Below are positions 40,044 to 53,555 of a stretch of DNA of 64,000 nt, in pieces (within the stretch, counting starts at the first letter, position 1; every line of letters starts with the position of its first letter). The stretch lies in NCBI GenBank assembly GCA_024679065.1, contig JAGIQG010000008.1:97216001-97280000 (forward strand), read 5' to 3'. Origin of the DNA: Sphyrna mokarran (Eukaryota). The translations under genes were made by a program, and so were the position numbers. Below the pieces are notes generated by a model. It was not told the DNA's origin. It worked only from the letters and a program-made list of their open reading frames with translations, and did no database searches.

Positions 40044-40579
40044 TGTGAGGGTGTTGAAAGGTTATTGGGTGGGTGGTCACCCATTGAGGGGCAACTGTAC
40101 TAAGATATGTTGGATTTTCCCCCTTGAAAATCCTTATGTCTCAGTAAGGTTGCTTCTCCGTCAAAATTACAATGAATATAGCCCCGTCCATTAAAAAATC
40201 CTCGGGATCAACCAAGTGAGCCTTCTCTTTATTGCCTCAGATTGCAGATTATATCCTTAGATAAGGGGACAAAAACTGTTCACAGTGTGGCCGAATTAGT
40301 GCCTTTTATAGTTTCAGCAAGTCTACCTATTTTTGTATTCCAGTCCTTTTGAAATAAAGGCCAACAATCCACATGCTTTCCCTATAAATTGCTGAACTTG
40401 CCTCTTAGCTTTTTGTGATTTATGCATGAGGACCCCCCTCTAATTAGAGCTTTCTGTTGTCTTTTTCTATTTAAATAATATTCAGTTCCTTTGACCTTCT
40501 ATCATAAGTACATAACTTCATATTTTTCTACATTATATTCTATCTGCCAAGTGTTTTACCCACTCATTTAACCTATCTA

Positions 40580-43500
40580 AATACATAAAGGGCAAAACAG
40601 TAACAAAGAGAGAGTGGAGCCTCTTAAGGATCAACAAGGTCATCTATGTGCAGATCCACAAGAGATTGACGAGATCCTAAATGAATATTTCTCATCGGTA
40701 TTTACTGTTGAGGAAAGCACAGATGTCAGGAACTTGGAGAAGGTGCTGGAACTTGGAGAGGAGGTGCTGGAAGTTTTAAAGTGTATCAAGGTAGATAAAT
40801 CCCTGGGACCTGATGAGATATATCCCAGGACATTGTGGGAGGCTAGGGACGAAATTGTGGATCCCTAGCTGAGACATTTGTATCATTGATAGTCATGAGT
40901 GAAGTGCCTGAAGATTGGAGAGTGGCAGATGTTTTGCTTTTGTTTAAAAAGAGCTGCAGGGTAAAGCCTGGAAACTACAGGTCAGTGAGTCTCACATCTG
41001 TAGTGGGTAAATTGTTGGAAGGTATTTTGAGAGACAGATCTACAGCATTTAGAGATGCAAGAACTGATTAGGGACAGTCAGCAAGGCTAACAAACTTAAT
41101 TGAGTTTTTTAAAATTTTTTAAGTCTTTTTAATTTTAATTTTTTATTTTTAAATTTTTTAAATTTAATTTAATCCAGTTCTGGTCGCCTTACTACCGGAA
41201 GGACGTGGAGACTCTGGAGAGAGTGCAGAGGAGGTTTACCAGAATGCTGCCTGATATGGAAGGTCTGAGTTACGAGGAGAGATTAGGCAAATTGGGACTG
41301 TTTTCCTTAGAAAGACGTAGACTTAGAGGAGATCTGATAGAGGTGTACAAGATTTTGAAGGGGATAGATAGAGTAAACAGGGTTAAGCTTTTTCCTAGGA
41401 TGGACTCAAATAGCACGAGGGGTCACGGGCTTAGGGTGAGGGGGGTAAGGTATAATTTGGATGCTAGAGGGAGTTTTTTCACACAGAGGGTGGTGGGGGT
41501 ATGGAATGCGCTGCCAAGTAAAGTGGTGGAGGCAGGTACTCTGGAGTTATTTAAGAAATACTTAGATGGGCACATGAACAGAATGGGAATGGAGGGGTAT
41601 AGAAAACTGATTTAAAATAGGGATCATGAGCCTTGGGAGTCCCTGGGAAGTGTGTAAATAGATGATGATATTGATGTACTTGTTTTTATCCTACAGGTGC
41701 TTTGGTCCACCTTGTTGTCTAACAAGGGGCATACACGCGATGGGTCGTGAGAGGACTGCTCTTGGATCTTTTTTGAGAGTATCCTAGTGCTTCACGTTGT
41801 TAGTGTATGCTTGACCTGGACCATTTGATGGGCAACACGACAGCTCAGTGACTATCGCTGTGCTGTGCAGATACATGGATTTGGGCCTGTTTCTGTGGGA
41901 GTTTGCGCATTCTCCCCGTGCTTGCGTGGGTTTTCTCCGGGTGCTCCGGTTTCCTCCCACATCCCAAAGATGTGCTCTTAGGCTAATTGGCAAAACAAAT
42001 TCTCCCTAAATTGTCTCAAATTTGGTTTTTAATCCATAGATCTATAAACATGGACAGGGATCGCGGGTAGAGGTGGGAACGTCAGGGTGGCGGCGTGGGC
42101 TCGTTGGTCCGAAGGGCCTGTTTCCCGAGCTGTTTTGTTCTTTGTTCTTTGAGTTTTTGAAGGGGTAACCAAAAAGGTAGATGAGGACAGTACAGTTGAT
42201 GTTGTCTGCATGGACTTTAGCAAGGCCTTTGATAAGGTACCATATGGTATGTTATTGCATAAAATTAAATCTCATGGGATCCAGGGTGAGGTATCTAAAT
42301 GGATACAAAATTGGCTTCTTGACAGAAGCCAGAGAGTGGTTGTAGAGAGTTGATTTTCAAACTGGAGGCCTGTGACCAGCGGTGTCCCTCAGGGATCAGT
42401 GCTGGAACCACTGTTATTTGGATGAGAATATAGGGGGCATGGTTAGTAAGTTTGTAGATGACAACAAGGTTGGTGGCATAGTGGATAGTGAAGAAAGGAG
42501 GAAGTTATCTCCTTTGCAACAATCTTGATCAGTTGGGCCAGTGGGCTGACAAATGGCAGATGAAATTTAATTTAGACAAATGCAAGGTGAAGCATTTTGG
42601 TAAATTGAACTAGGGCAGGATTTCCTCAGTTAATGGTAGGGTGTTGGGGAGAGTTACAGAACAAAGACATCTGGGGGTACATGTTCATAGCTCCTTGAAA
42701 GTGGAGTCACAATGGACAGAGTGGTGAAGAAGGCATTCGGCATGTTTAGTTTCATCGGTCAGAACATTGGGATATCTTGTTCAAGTTGTACAAGAGATTG
42801 GTAAGGCCACTCTTGGAAAACTGTGTGCAATTCTGGTCACCCTGTTATAGAAAGGATATTATTAAACTAGAAAGCGTGCATAAAAGAGTTAGTAGGATGC
42901 TACCGGGACTTGATGGATTGAGTTATAAGAAGAGGCAGAATAGATTGGGACTTTTTTCTCTGGAGCGTAGAAGGCTGAGGGTCTATTATATATTATAAGT
43001 CTATAAAACAAAGAGAGCATAGACAAGGTAGATAGTCAATATCTTTTCCCAAAGTTGGGGGAGTCTAAAATTAGGGGGCATATATTTAAGGTGAGAGGGT
43101 AGAGATACAAAAGTGTCCAGAGAGGACGTTTTTTCACACAAGAGGGTGGTGAGTGCCTGGAACAAGCTGCCAGAGGTAGTAGTAGAAGTAGGTATAATTT
43201 TATCTTTTAAAAAGCATTTAGACAGTTACATGGGTACAATGGGTATAGAGGGATATGGGCCAAATGTGGGCAATTGGGACTAGCTTAGGGTTTTAAAAAG
43301 AAGAGTGGCATGAATTTGGGCCTGTGTCTGTGGGAGTTTGTGCATTCTCCCCATGCTTGCGTGGGTTTTCTCCGGGTGCTTCGGTTTCCTCCCACATGCC
43401 AAAGATGTGCTCTTAGGCTAATTGGCAAAACAAATTCTCCCTAAATTGTCTCAAATTTGGTTTTTAATCCATAGATCTATAAACATGGACAGGGATCACG

Positions 43501-43650
43501 GGTAGAGGTGGGAGCATCGGGGTGGTGGCGCGGGCTTGTTGGGCTGAAGGGCCTGTTTCCCGTGCTGTTTTGTTCTTTGTTCTTTATAGACAAATTGAGC
43601 CAAAGGGCCTGTTTCCATGCTGTAAAACTCTATGAACCTCTATGACTCTA
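40580..43650 (+). mobile_element. CR1 LINE (RT) nested in the older CR1, itself interrupted at 41110-42150 and 43313-43585
   Basis: [52 protein letters not shown]. Confidence 0.85.
41175..42150 (+). mobile_element. Young 5'-truncated CR1 with SINE-like 3' UTR
   Basis: Open RT C-terminus 41205-41615; TGAGTTTTT target-site duplication at 41101 and 42150. Confidence 0.9.
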
Positions 43651-44884
43651 TCTATGTTGTTTTGTAGACTTCTTTGTCATCCTAACTGCTTGCCTTCTCA
43701 TCTAGTTTTGTGTTATTGGCAAATTTAGCAATAATAACTTCACTTGTCCAAATCATTAATATGTATCGAAAATAATTGTGGCCTTACACTGATCCCTGTG
43801 ACACTCCACCATCCTGAAAACGTCCCTCTTATCCCAACTCTCTGTCTTCCATCTATACTAATACACTGCCTCAAATGGGCTTTTATCTTATTAAACAGCC
43901 TCTTGTGCAGTACCTTATTGAATGTATTGGAAATTCAAGCATATTACATCTATTGGTTACTCTTTATTTATCCTGCTTGATACCATCTCAAAGAATTCTA
44001 ATAAATTTGTAGGCATGATTTCCCCCTCATGAAACCATGCTGATTCAATTTGATAATATTATGTATTTCTAAATGCATCCTTTATGAACGACTCTAACAT
44101 TTTGTCAATGACAGATGTTAAGCTAACGAGCTATAGTTAGCTGTTGTCATCATCCTCCCTTTTTGAATAAGAGTGCTTTCATTGGCAGTTTTCAAATTAC
44201 CTAGGACTTTTCCAGAATTTAAAGATTCTAGTGCATCCACTAAGTCTGTAGCTACTTATGATATCCTAGGATTTATTGGCCTTTAGCCCCATTAGTTTCC
44301 TTAGTAATTATCTAGCAATTTTTTTTAAATTTCCCCCACCCTTTTTGCTCCTTGATGTCTAGTATTTTGGAATATTATTAGTGTCTTCTACTGTCTTCTG
44401 TGAAGATTGATACAAAGTATGTCCTGATTCCCCATTATTATTTCCCAATCTAATTCTCTAAGGGACTGATGATCACTTTGGCCTCTCTTTTTAATATATT
44501 TAATGAAGCTCCTACATTCCATTTTTATATTACTTGTTAGTTTACCCTAATGGTTTCTCTTCTCCCTCATTGTTTTTTTTTGATATCTTTTGTTTGTTAT
44601 AAAACTTTCCCAATCTTCTGACTTACTGCTAATCTTTGCCATTTTGCAAATTTTTCTTTCAGTTTAATACTATTCTTAACTTTTTTGGTTAACTACGGCT
44701 GATTTATATCCTTCATAAAATCCTCCTTCATTATATTTGCTATGAGTCACGAACTATTTTCATAAAAATGTCTGCCATTGCTGATCAGTCTTTTCTGACA
44801 GACTCCTTTCCCAGTCCGCTTCAATAATTCTGCCCTTTCTTTTGTTAATTACTCTTATTTAAATTTAGCACAGTTGTTTCAGGT

Positions 44885-45480
44885 CTTCAAAGTAAGAGGA
44901 CTTGAGTATAGGAATAAGGATGTCTCGCTGCAGTTATACAGGGCCTTGGTGAGGCCATATCTTGCATATTGTGTGCAGTTTTGGTCTCCTAGTCAGAGGA
45001 ATTGAGGGGGTCCAACAAAGGTTCACCAGACTGATTCCTGGAACGGCAGGACTGACATATGAAGAAAGACTGGATCAACTAGGCTTGTATTCACTGGAAT
45101 TTAGAAGAATGAGAGGGGAATCTCTTTAAAACATATAATATCTTGAGGGGACAGGACAGGCTAGATGTGGGAAGAATGTTCCCGATGTTGTGAAGGTCCA
45201 AAGCTAGAGGTCATAGTCTAAGAATAAGGGGTAAGCCATTCAGGAAGAACTTCAGTCTGAGAGTTGTGAACCTGTGAATTCTCTATCACAGAAAGCAGAT
45301 GGGGCCAGTTCGTCAGATATGTTCAAGAAAGAACTGGATATGATCCTTGCAGCTAAGGGATCAAGTGGTATGAAGAGAAGAGGAAGTGAGATACTGAGAG
45401 TGCATGATCACATTGAATGGTGCTACAGGCTTGAAGGACAAAAAGGATCTACTTCTGCATTTACTTTCTATGTTTCTGTG
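44885..45480 (+). mobile_element. CR1 3' fragment
   Basis: [19 protein letters not shown] remnant and CR1 tail. Confidence 0.8.
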
Positions 45481-46284
45481 ACTGAAGTTTCTCACATTCA
45501 AACTGAATGCTAAACTCTACCGTGTTATGGTCACTGTTTCCTAGGAGCTCTTTTATTCTGATACTGTATATTAAACCTGTCTCATTACACATCAGATCCA
45601 AAATACTGTGATCCTTGTTTGGGTCCACAACATATTCTTTAAAACTGTCCCGAATACACGCAATGAATTCTTCTTCATGGCTACTTTTGCCAATTTGATT
45701 TTCCCAATTCCAATGACAATTAAAGCCACTTATGATTAAAGTACTACCCTTTTTGCATTCTCCCTAATTTTTCTTGGTCCTACATTATAGATACTGTTAG
45801 AGGGGCCTATAGATTACTTCCACAAAGTCATCTTTCTCTTTTTATTTCTTGCCTCTGCTCACTTGGATTCTACATCTTCCAATCCAAGATCTATTTTTTT
45901 GCTATTGTACATATTCCATCTCACACTAACAAAGTTTCCTTCCTTCTGTCCTTAAGAAAAATCACATATCCTGATTATTTACTTCCCAGCTTTAATCTCC
46001 TTGTAACCACATATCAGTGATGACTATAAGACCATATCCATTAACCTCAATTTGTGCCATTCATTCATTGTTTTGTGATGCATATTATGCATTTAAGTAA
46101 AGAGTCATCAATTTTGCTTTTTTTTAACCATTCCGCCCCCCCCCCCCCCCCCCCCCCCGCCCTACTCTTATCCTACTTGCTGCTGTTGTTACATTGTACC
46201 TTCTCTCCTTCCCTGTCCCACTCTGGGTATCATTACCTAAATAGCTGCCTTGCAACACTGCCATTTCCTTTTGCTTTGTAAGCC

Positions 46285-48555
46285 TACTCTTATCCAGAAT
46301 GATTTTCCTGCCCCCACCCACCTACCCACTCCGAGGCTGTGCCCTCTAGTCCTGCTATCTTTGCTAAGCCGGAAGAGTCACTCAACCTCTACCCTATCCA
46401 TCCTCTTCATTATCTTATACGTCTCTATAAGATCCCCTCTCAGCCTTCTAAACTCCAAAGATACAAACCTACCTATTTGGTCTCTCCTCATAATCCAACA
46501 CCCTCATCTCTGGTATCAGCCTACTGAATCTTCTCTGCACCCCCTCCAAGGCTAATGTATCCTTCCTCGAATGCAGTAACCAAAATTGCACACAGTACTC
46601 CAACTGCGGCCTCACCAGTATCCTATACAGCTGCAAAAGTACCTCCCTACTTTTATATTCCATACCCTAACTATAAAGACCAAGAGTGCATTCACCTTCT
46701 TGATCACCTGCTGCACCTGCAGACTGTGTTTTGTGATTTGTGCACAAGGACCCCCAGGTCCCTCTGCACTGTTGCATGCTGCAGCTTTTCGCTATTTAAA
46801 TAGTAATCCTTCCTACCATTATTCCTACCAAAGTGGATAACCTCACACTTGCTAACATTATACTCCATCCGCCAGGTCCTCGTCCACTCACTCAACCTAT
46901 CCAGATCCTTCTGCAGTCTTTCCACACCTTCCATGCAATTTGCTTTTCCACTTGTTTTTGTGTCATCAGCAAATTTCGTCACCCTGCACTCAGCCCCTTC
47001 CTCCAGATCATCTTTGTAAATGGTAAATAGTTGAGGCCCCAGCACTGAACCCTGGGTCACTCCACTAGTCACCAGCTGCCAATCAGAATAGCACCCATTA
47101 ATACTTACTCTCTGCTTCCTATTAGACAACCAATCCTCTATCCAGTTTAATACCCTACCCCAACTCTCTGCACCCTAATTTTCTGCAGCAATCTTTTGTG
47201 AGGCACCTTATCAAACACCTTTTGGAAATCCAAAAACACCATATCCACTGGTTCCCCTCTATCTACTGCACTAGTCACTTCCTCATAGAACTCCAATAAA
47301 TTCATCAAACACGACTTCCCCTTCACAAATCTGTGCTGCGTTTGCTTGATCAAACAGTTCGTATCCAGGTGCCTCGTTATTTCTGCTTTGATGACAGATT
47401 CAAGCATTTTTCCGACTACAGACGTTAAACTAACTGGCCTATAATTCCTTGCCTTCTGTCTGCTACTTTTTTTAAACAGCGGCGTAACATTAGCCGTTTT
47501 CCAATCTTCCGGCACTTTCCCGGAGTCCAGCGAATTTTGAAAGGTAATTTCTAGGGCATCCGCTATCCCCTCTGCCATTTCCTTGAGAACCCTGGGATAC
47601 ATTTCATCCGGTCCTGGGGACTTATCTACCCTCAGCCCTGTTAGCCTATCAAGCACCACCTTTCTAGTGATTGTAATCTCATCAAGGACCTCATCTCCTA
47701 CCACCCTTTCGGGCAAGCTATTTATGTCCTCTTCCGTAAAGACCGACACAAAAATCTTATTCAAGGTCTCCGCAATATCCTTATCGTCCACCACTAAATC
47801 CCCTCTCTCATCCTCCAGGGGTCCAACATTAACTCTGGCTATCCTCCTATTCTTTATATATTTATGAAAACTTTTACTGTCCTTTTTCATATTTCAAGCT
47901 AGTTTAGCCTCATATTCTATCTTTCCTTTTTTAATCACCTTCTTAGTCATTCTTTGCTATTGTTTAAAACTTTCCCAATCCTCTGATCACCACCTATTTT
48001 TAGCTGCTTTGAACGCCTCAGCTTTTGATTTGATAGTCTCCTTAATTTCCTTGGAGAACCACGGCTGATTTTCCCTTCTCCTACAGTCCTTCTTCACCAT
48101 TGGAATATATTTCTGCTGAGTACCGAAAAAGATCTCTTTAAAAATCCCCCACTGTTCCTCAGCCGTCCTACAACCAGCGCACTCCTCCAATCCACAGTCG
48201 CCAATTCCTCTCTCATCCTATCATAGTCCCCTCTGTTCAAACATAGTACACAGGTCCGGGAAGCTACTACCTCATCCTCCATCTGCATCATAAATTCTAC
48301 CGTACTATGATCACTCGTCCCTAGAGGATCCCTCACATGAATATCCCTAATTCTACTGCCTCATTATAGTACCAGATCCAAGATTGCTAGCTCTCGTCGA
48401 TTCTGTAACATACTGTTTGAGGAACCCATCGCAACAGCGTTCCAAGAACTCTTCCTCTAGCCCACTGTGTCCGACTTGTGTCGCTCAGTCAATATGCAGA
48501 TTGAAATTTCCCACTACTAACGCTGTTCCGTTTTTGCACACACCTCTTATTTGTT
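46285..48555 (-). mobile_element. CR1 LINE ORF2 (endonuclease end plus RT), moderately degraded
   Basis: ORFs 46469-46663, 46704-47129 and 47147-47890 with RT motifs. Confidence 0.92.
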
Positions 48556-49116
48556 TGAAAATGCTGTAAATAATCAGCATGTTAGGACAGTTGACCAAAA
48601 TGTTGGCTGAAGATGCAGGTTTGAAGGACCATCTAAAGAAAGAAAGAGAAGAGGAGAGGTTTAAAAAAGAAATTCCAGAGCTTAAAGCTTAGACAGTGGA
48701 AGGCATGGCCGCCATTCATGGGATGATTAAAATTGGGGATGAACAAACGGGCAGATCTGGCAGGCTGCATCCATCTCAGATGGTTTCAGGGATGGAGAAC
48801 ATTACAGAGGTAGGAAGGCCCTGGAGGGATTTGAAAATAATGAGAATACCTCACCTTGATGAACCAGTGTCACCAAGCACAGAGATCAGGTGAGATAAAG
48901 GGTAACAGGATTGGGTGGGAAGCATTGGAATAGATTGAATAAGCAAATGAGGGGGAAAGGAATAGGAGGTTAGATGAAGCAATGTGCAAGGAGGCTGATG
49001 TAGAGCTGTTAAGTTATGATAGTCTTTTTACATTCTTTATTACATTGAAATAAATGTAGACTAGGTCTTGTCTGGTGGACACTAACAAAAACAGCCTTCT
49101 ATTATTAAATCTGCAG

Positions 49117-49470
49117 AAAACAAGTTGGAATTGAGAGTGAGTCAAAGTCCTGTGGAAGTAAATCAGAATGAAAATGGTCTCCTGCTGTGCGAAATTACTG
49201 AACTCACTGGGGCTACGTTGAACCCACAAAACTTGGGCGTATTATGGACTGTCACTCGTGGCACTGAAACATCAACAGCCTTTTCCTACGCTTTTGGAAG
49301 TATAAAGGAAGCGTGGCCAGAAGCTGAGCTTTTGGAAAGCTCCATTCTAAGTAGAAACATGTCATTGTTGCTAAGAAGTGTCACATTTAAACATGCCGGA
49401 CAGTACAAATGTGAAGTTGTCATTCCACCAAATGATAAGGCCTCTAAGATAGTGAAGCTTGAGGTTTTAG
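49117..49470 (+). CDS. Gene B exon 2: IgV domain, B7-H6/NCR3LG1-like
   Basis: Branch site ACTAAC at 49081, acceptor ctgcAG, donor TTAG|GTAAGT; 354 nt, phase 1-1. LLCEI...LGVLW...RNMSLLLRSVTFKHAGQYKCEVVIPP. Confidence 0.93.
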
Positions 49471-51115
49471 GTAAGTTGAATTATATGCAGTAATTGTAAT
49501 TTTTTATAACTTGCAGTGTAACCAAATGCCAACAGTTTCACATTTAAGTTTGTCTTTATAGCTTTTGGAAATGTAATCTGCTGGAAGGGAATGCCCTTAA
49601 TTATAAAAGCAAACTGCTGCAAATGATGGAAATCCTGAAATGAAAATGCTGTAAATAATCAGCATGACAGGCAGAATCTGTGGAGAGAGAAGCAGAGTTC
49701 CTTTCATCAGAGTGGTTAAAAAATAGTTTTTAACCTAGCATTTAATGCTTTTTGATCTGATGCATGTTGAGATCAAGCTATGTAATTTTAATATATTGTA
49801 CATCATCAATTAGTTGAATCAATAACAAGAGTAAAAGTTAAAATTGGAAATATTGGCTGTGTAAAACTACATTTTGAGAAGAAATCAAAACAAGTGTGTG
49901 TTTGGTTGAGGGAGTGACACTTGTCTCAAATAACCACATAGTTGCCTGGGGATAAACACTTTACTATTAAATATGATTAATTATCTGTAAGAGCCATTGA
50001 AGTATTTTTCATGTTTGGAGCTGAAACAGATTAAAAGCATGCACATACATATTAAGGCTTCTCTGAAATTTTAATGTTACTGTGTATGAAGAAATAAGGA
50101 GCTTACGTTTATCTAATTCCTTTTACTTCTGGAAGATGTCATTCATTCAGTTATGTTGAGTCTGCAACATAGCAACAGGTCTTTTTGTCCACCTTGTCAT
50201 GAAACCTTTTTGTTATGTTGAAGACAACTATCACCCTCAGCTTCTTGCTTCTAGAGAGAAAGCCCAATCTGTTAAGTCTTTTTTGATAATTTTGCAGTTC
50301 TGGTATCATCGTTACGAACTGTATTGACACCTACTCTGGCTGTATATTCATTTTATAGTATGGAAATCAGAACTGTGCACGGTGTTCTGAATGGGGTATA
50401 ATCATATTTCAATGCAAGTTTAACACTGTTTTTCAACTGTATCCTTCTATAAGTGAATCCCAGTACTGGATTTGCTTTTTTTAATAGCCTTATTAACTAG
50501 AGTTGCTTCTATTGATTAATATATCGGAATCCCGTAGATGCCTTCTTCTCTACTTCACTTCCACTTCTTATCCAGCCAGTATGTGGCCCCCTTATTGTTC
50601 TTGCCAAAATGCACCAGCTCCTACTATTGCAGGCAAATGAATTTCAGTGATCCATTTTGTTTAATAGTTTATTGATGTCATATATTTTTGTTACTTCTTC
50701 ACTGAGATGTCTACAGCTTCCACTTTGCTGCCTTCTGCAAGTTTTAGAATTGTACTTCGGTTCCAGAGTCCAAATTGTTAATGTAAATGGTGGACAAAGT
50801 GATCTCAGCAGTGCCAAGCACCACTTCCCATCTTTTGGCAGCTGACTAGCTACCCCTAAGCCCTACACAGTGCATTTTCTTTGGCCATCCATTTGGCCAT
50901 GTGTTCAACTCTCTTTTTAAACATAGGAATCACACCAGTTGTGCTCTTTTTCTCTTATTCCATTTATAAATTATTTATTTATATAAATAGCTAACAGTGC
51001 CTCTGCTGTTTCTTCACTAATTTATTTTAGCACGCTCATATTCAGTCTAATGCATTACTGTTCAAGTGTAGCTACAATTATTAGTGACACTAACTATATC
51101 CTTCTATTTTGACAG

Positions 51116-51442
51116 CACGTCCTACAGTGACTGTGATTTCAGAAAATATCGTGGAAGTTGGCACGGGGGGAGAGATGGTCTTGGGTTGTCAGTTAAGTGG
51201 ATATTATCCTTGTGACAGCAGTGCTGAATGGTTTCAGACAATCCCGTCACAAGGAGAGACAAAATTATTGAAGGACATTTGTATTGCCCCGCCAATCAAA
51301 AACCCTGATGGAACATGTAATGTAACCACTGAAGTTAGGTTGGAACCTCGTGTAAAAGACATTGGCAGCACTTTCGAATGCCATGTCACACACAAGACAT
51401 TTTCCGAGCCCCTCTCTGTAAAAGCTTCGGTGATTTTGAAAG
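51116..51442 (+). CDS. Gene B exon 3: IgC1 domain
   Basis: gacAG|CACGT to AAAG|GTCAG; 327 nt, phase 1-1. LGCQLSGYYP...W...PPIKNPDGTCNVTT...FECHVTH. Confidence 0.93.
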
Positions 51443-52142
51443 GTCAGTTGCAGTGACAAATGCAAAGTATAACAACATTTTTTTATTGAAAAACATTTAT
51501 CATTATCCAATGTACTGCAGTTTTTTTCTTGGGGAAACAACTAAATCAGAAACTTTTAGATGGATTTGTTTGATGCTGACAACTTTCTTGTGTTTATTAA
51601 GATGTTTTTACAAAAATGTTGATATGTAACTCACTCAACTTCTTTCTATTGATGTGATCTAATTAGATTACTTGTATGTTATGAATAATTATTTTGTTAT
51701 TGTTCTAAGCATGTGAGAGGTTTATCAAATTCATAAATATGTATTTTTAAACATAAAGTTAGCATTCCACCTAATGAATTGAACACCTTTTCCATACCAA
51801 GCATCTATTTCTGGCCATCAGATATATCTTGATGACTGCCTGATCTAGAGAAAGTTTAATTGATTTCAATTTTCCACTTCGTTATCTGAACAAATCTTTT
51901 TAATGGAAAATGATTGTTTCTGAGACTTGGCTCCAATCTTACCTATGGGCACTTTGTCCCTTGGGCAGTGCCAGGGAGTACAGGCTTGCATTGCCAGGGT
52001 GCCCATATGCAGGGGATGGCACCCTATACCGCCTGACCCCCTGGGGGGGTCTCCAGTTGCTTCCCCCTTCAATCCACTGGTGTTGGGCCGCTAGTTCCCT
52101 GAAAGTGGGGAGCTAGACTGAACCTCACTAGAATGAAATACT

Positions 52143-52405
52143 GGGGTGGCACAGTGATTAGCTGCCTCTCAGCACCAGGGATCCGGGTTCAATTCCTGAC
52201 TTGGGCCACTGTCTGTGTAGAGTTTGCAATTCTCCCCGTGTCTGCATGGATTTCCTCAGTTGTTCCAGTTTCGCCCCACAATCTGAAAGATGTGCTAGCT
52301 GAATGCATTTACCTGAACAGGTGCCGTAGTATGGCAACTATGGGAATTTCACAGTAACTTAATTGCAGTGTTCATGTAAGCCTTACTTGTGGTTAATAAA
52401 AGACT
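52143..52405 (+). mobile_element. V-domain SINE nested in an unclassified repeat (about 51930-52670)
   Basis: Head GGTGGCACAGTGATTAGC, V core, tail ending AATAAA. Confidence 0.75.
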
Positions 52406-53555
52406 TTAAATAGAGAATGTGGGATGGGAGATGTTAATGGGCCCAGAGAATTCAGTTCTGCCCCTCTAAAAGCATTAAAATGAAACGTAAAGTACTTATC
52501 TGGTGTTCCTGTCGTTTTCCAGCATGAATCAGACAGCACCAGAAATCCTGTGCTGGGAGATGCACACATGGCGGGAATGCATATGTGAATCTTACATATG
52601 TCTTGATGTGAGATTCTCCCACCACGCAGTGCTGGAAAATTAGTACGGCAGGGTGGGAGAATTGCCCTCATTGTCTCATTTCTATTTTGTCCAACTGATC
52701 TGTAATTTGAAAGACCGCTATCGGGTCACCTATAAGTCTTCTGGTTTCCAAAGATGATGGCCCCAAGCTATTCAATATTTCATCAATAATTTCTTAGTTC
52801 TGGTACCATGCTTATAATTTTTTCTCCACATTTTCTCTCATAATTGTGTATCTCTTTTACTAGTACATGATCAGAACTGTACACAGTACACTGAGTGCAA
52901 CCTGACCAGGTTCTGAGATAAGTTTAACAAATTCTGTGCTTCTAGAAATAAATCCCAGAGTTTTCCTTACTTTTTAATGCTTTTTGTTGTAATGCTATTT
53001 TGAGCAATTTGTTCACCTCTCTGCTAAGATCCCCTTGCAGTTCTACTTTTTATGACTGCTTTTTATGACTGTAAAGTGCAGTTGATGATTCTGTTTTTTC
53101 TTCGCAAGTGTACATCATTAATTGAGGCTAAAATTTATTTTTAACTACCTGGTCTGCAAATATTCCAATATTTTCTCTAATTATGTTGCAGTATTTTTCA
53201 GTGTTAGCTATGCCCTCTTGATGTTTGGTATCAGTTGCAAGTTTTGATCTAAAGTAATTTGTTTTCAATACCAAAGATCAATGTAAATTATAAATAACAG
53301 TTTCAGCACTCATCGTTATGGAACACTGCATTTATGTTACAAGTAACCAGTTTTCAAAGTAACACAACTGGGGTACAAACAATCTAAGATATTTGGGTTT
53401 GAAAATAAATGCCAATTAGCTGTGAGCACTGGCTGGCCCAGAGCTGTGCTAAATATTTATTGACTATTCTTTATCCTGTTCTACAATATTACATAGGTGA
53501 ATCGTGGTACAATTGAAACCAGTTGTGTGAGAAATATGAAACTTTTCTTTTACAG

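Larger units (their letters stand above)
40100..46280 (-). mobile_element. Old minus-strand CR1 broken by nested insertions (pieces about 40100-40580, 43650-44880, 45485-46280)
   Basis: Degraded RT and endonuclease sequence continues colinearly across the plus-strand insertions. Confidence 0.65.

Noticed and set aside
46136-46158. Poly-C run (poly-Pro/Gly ORFs)
   Set aside because: Simple homopolymer inside a decayed LINE.
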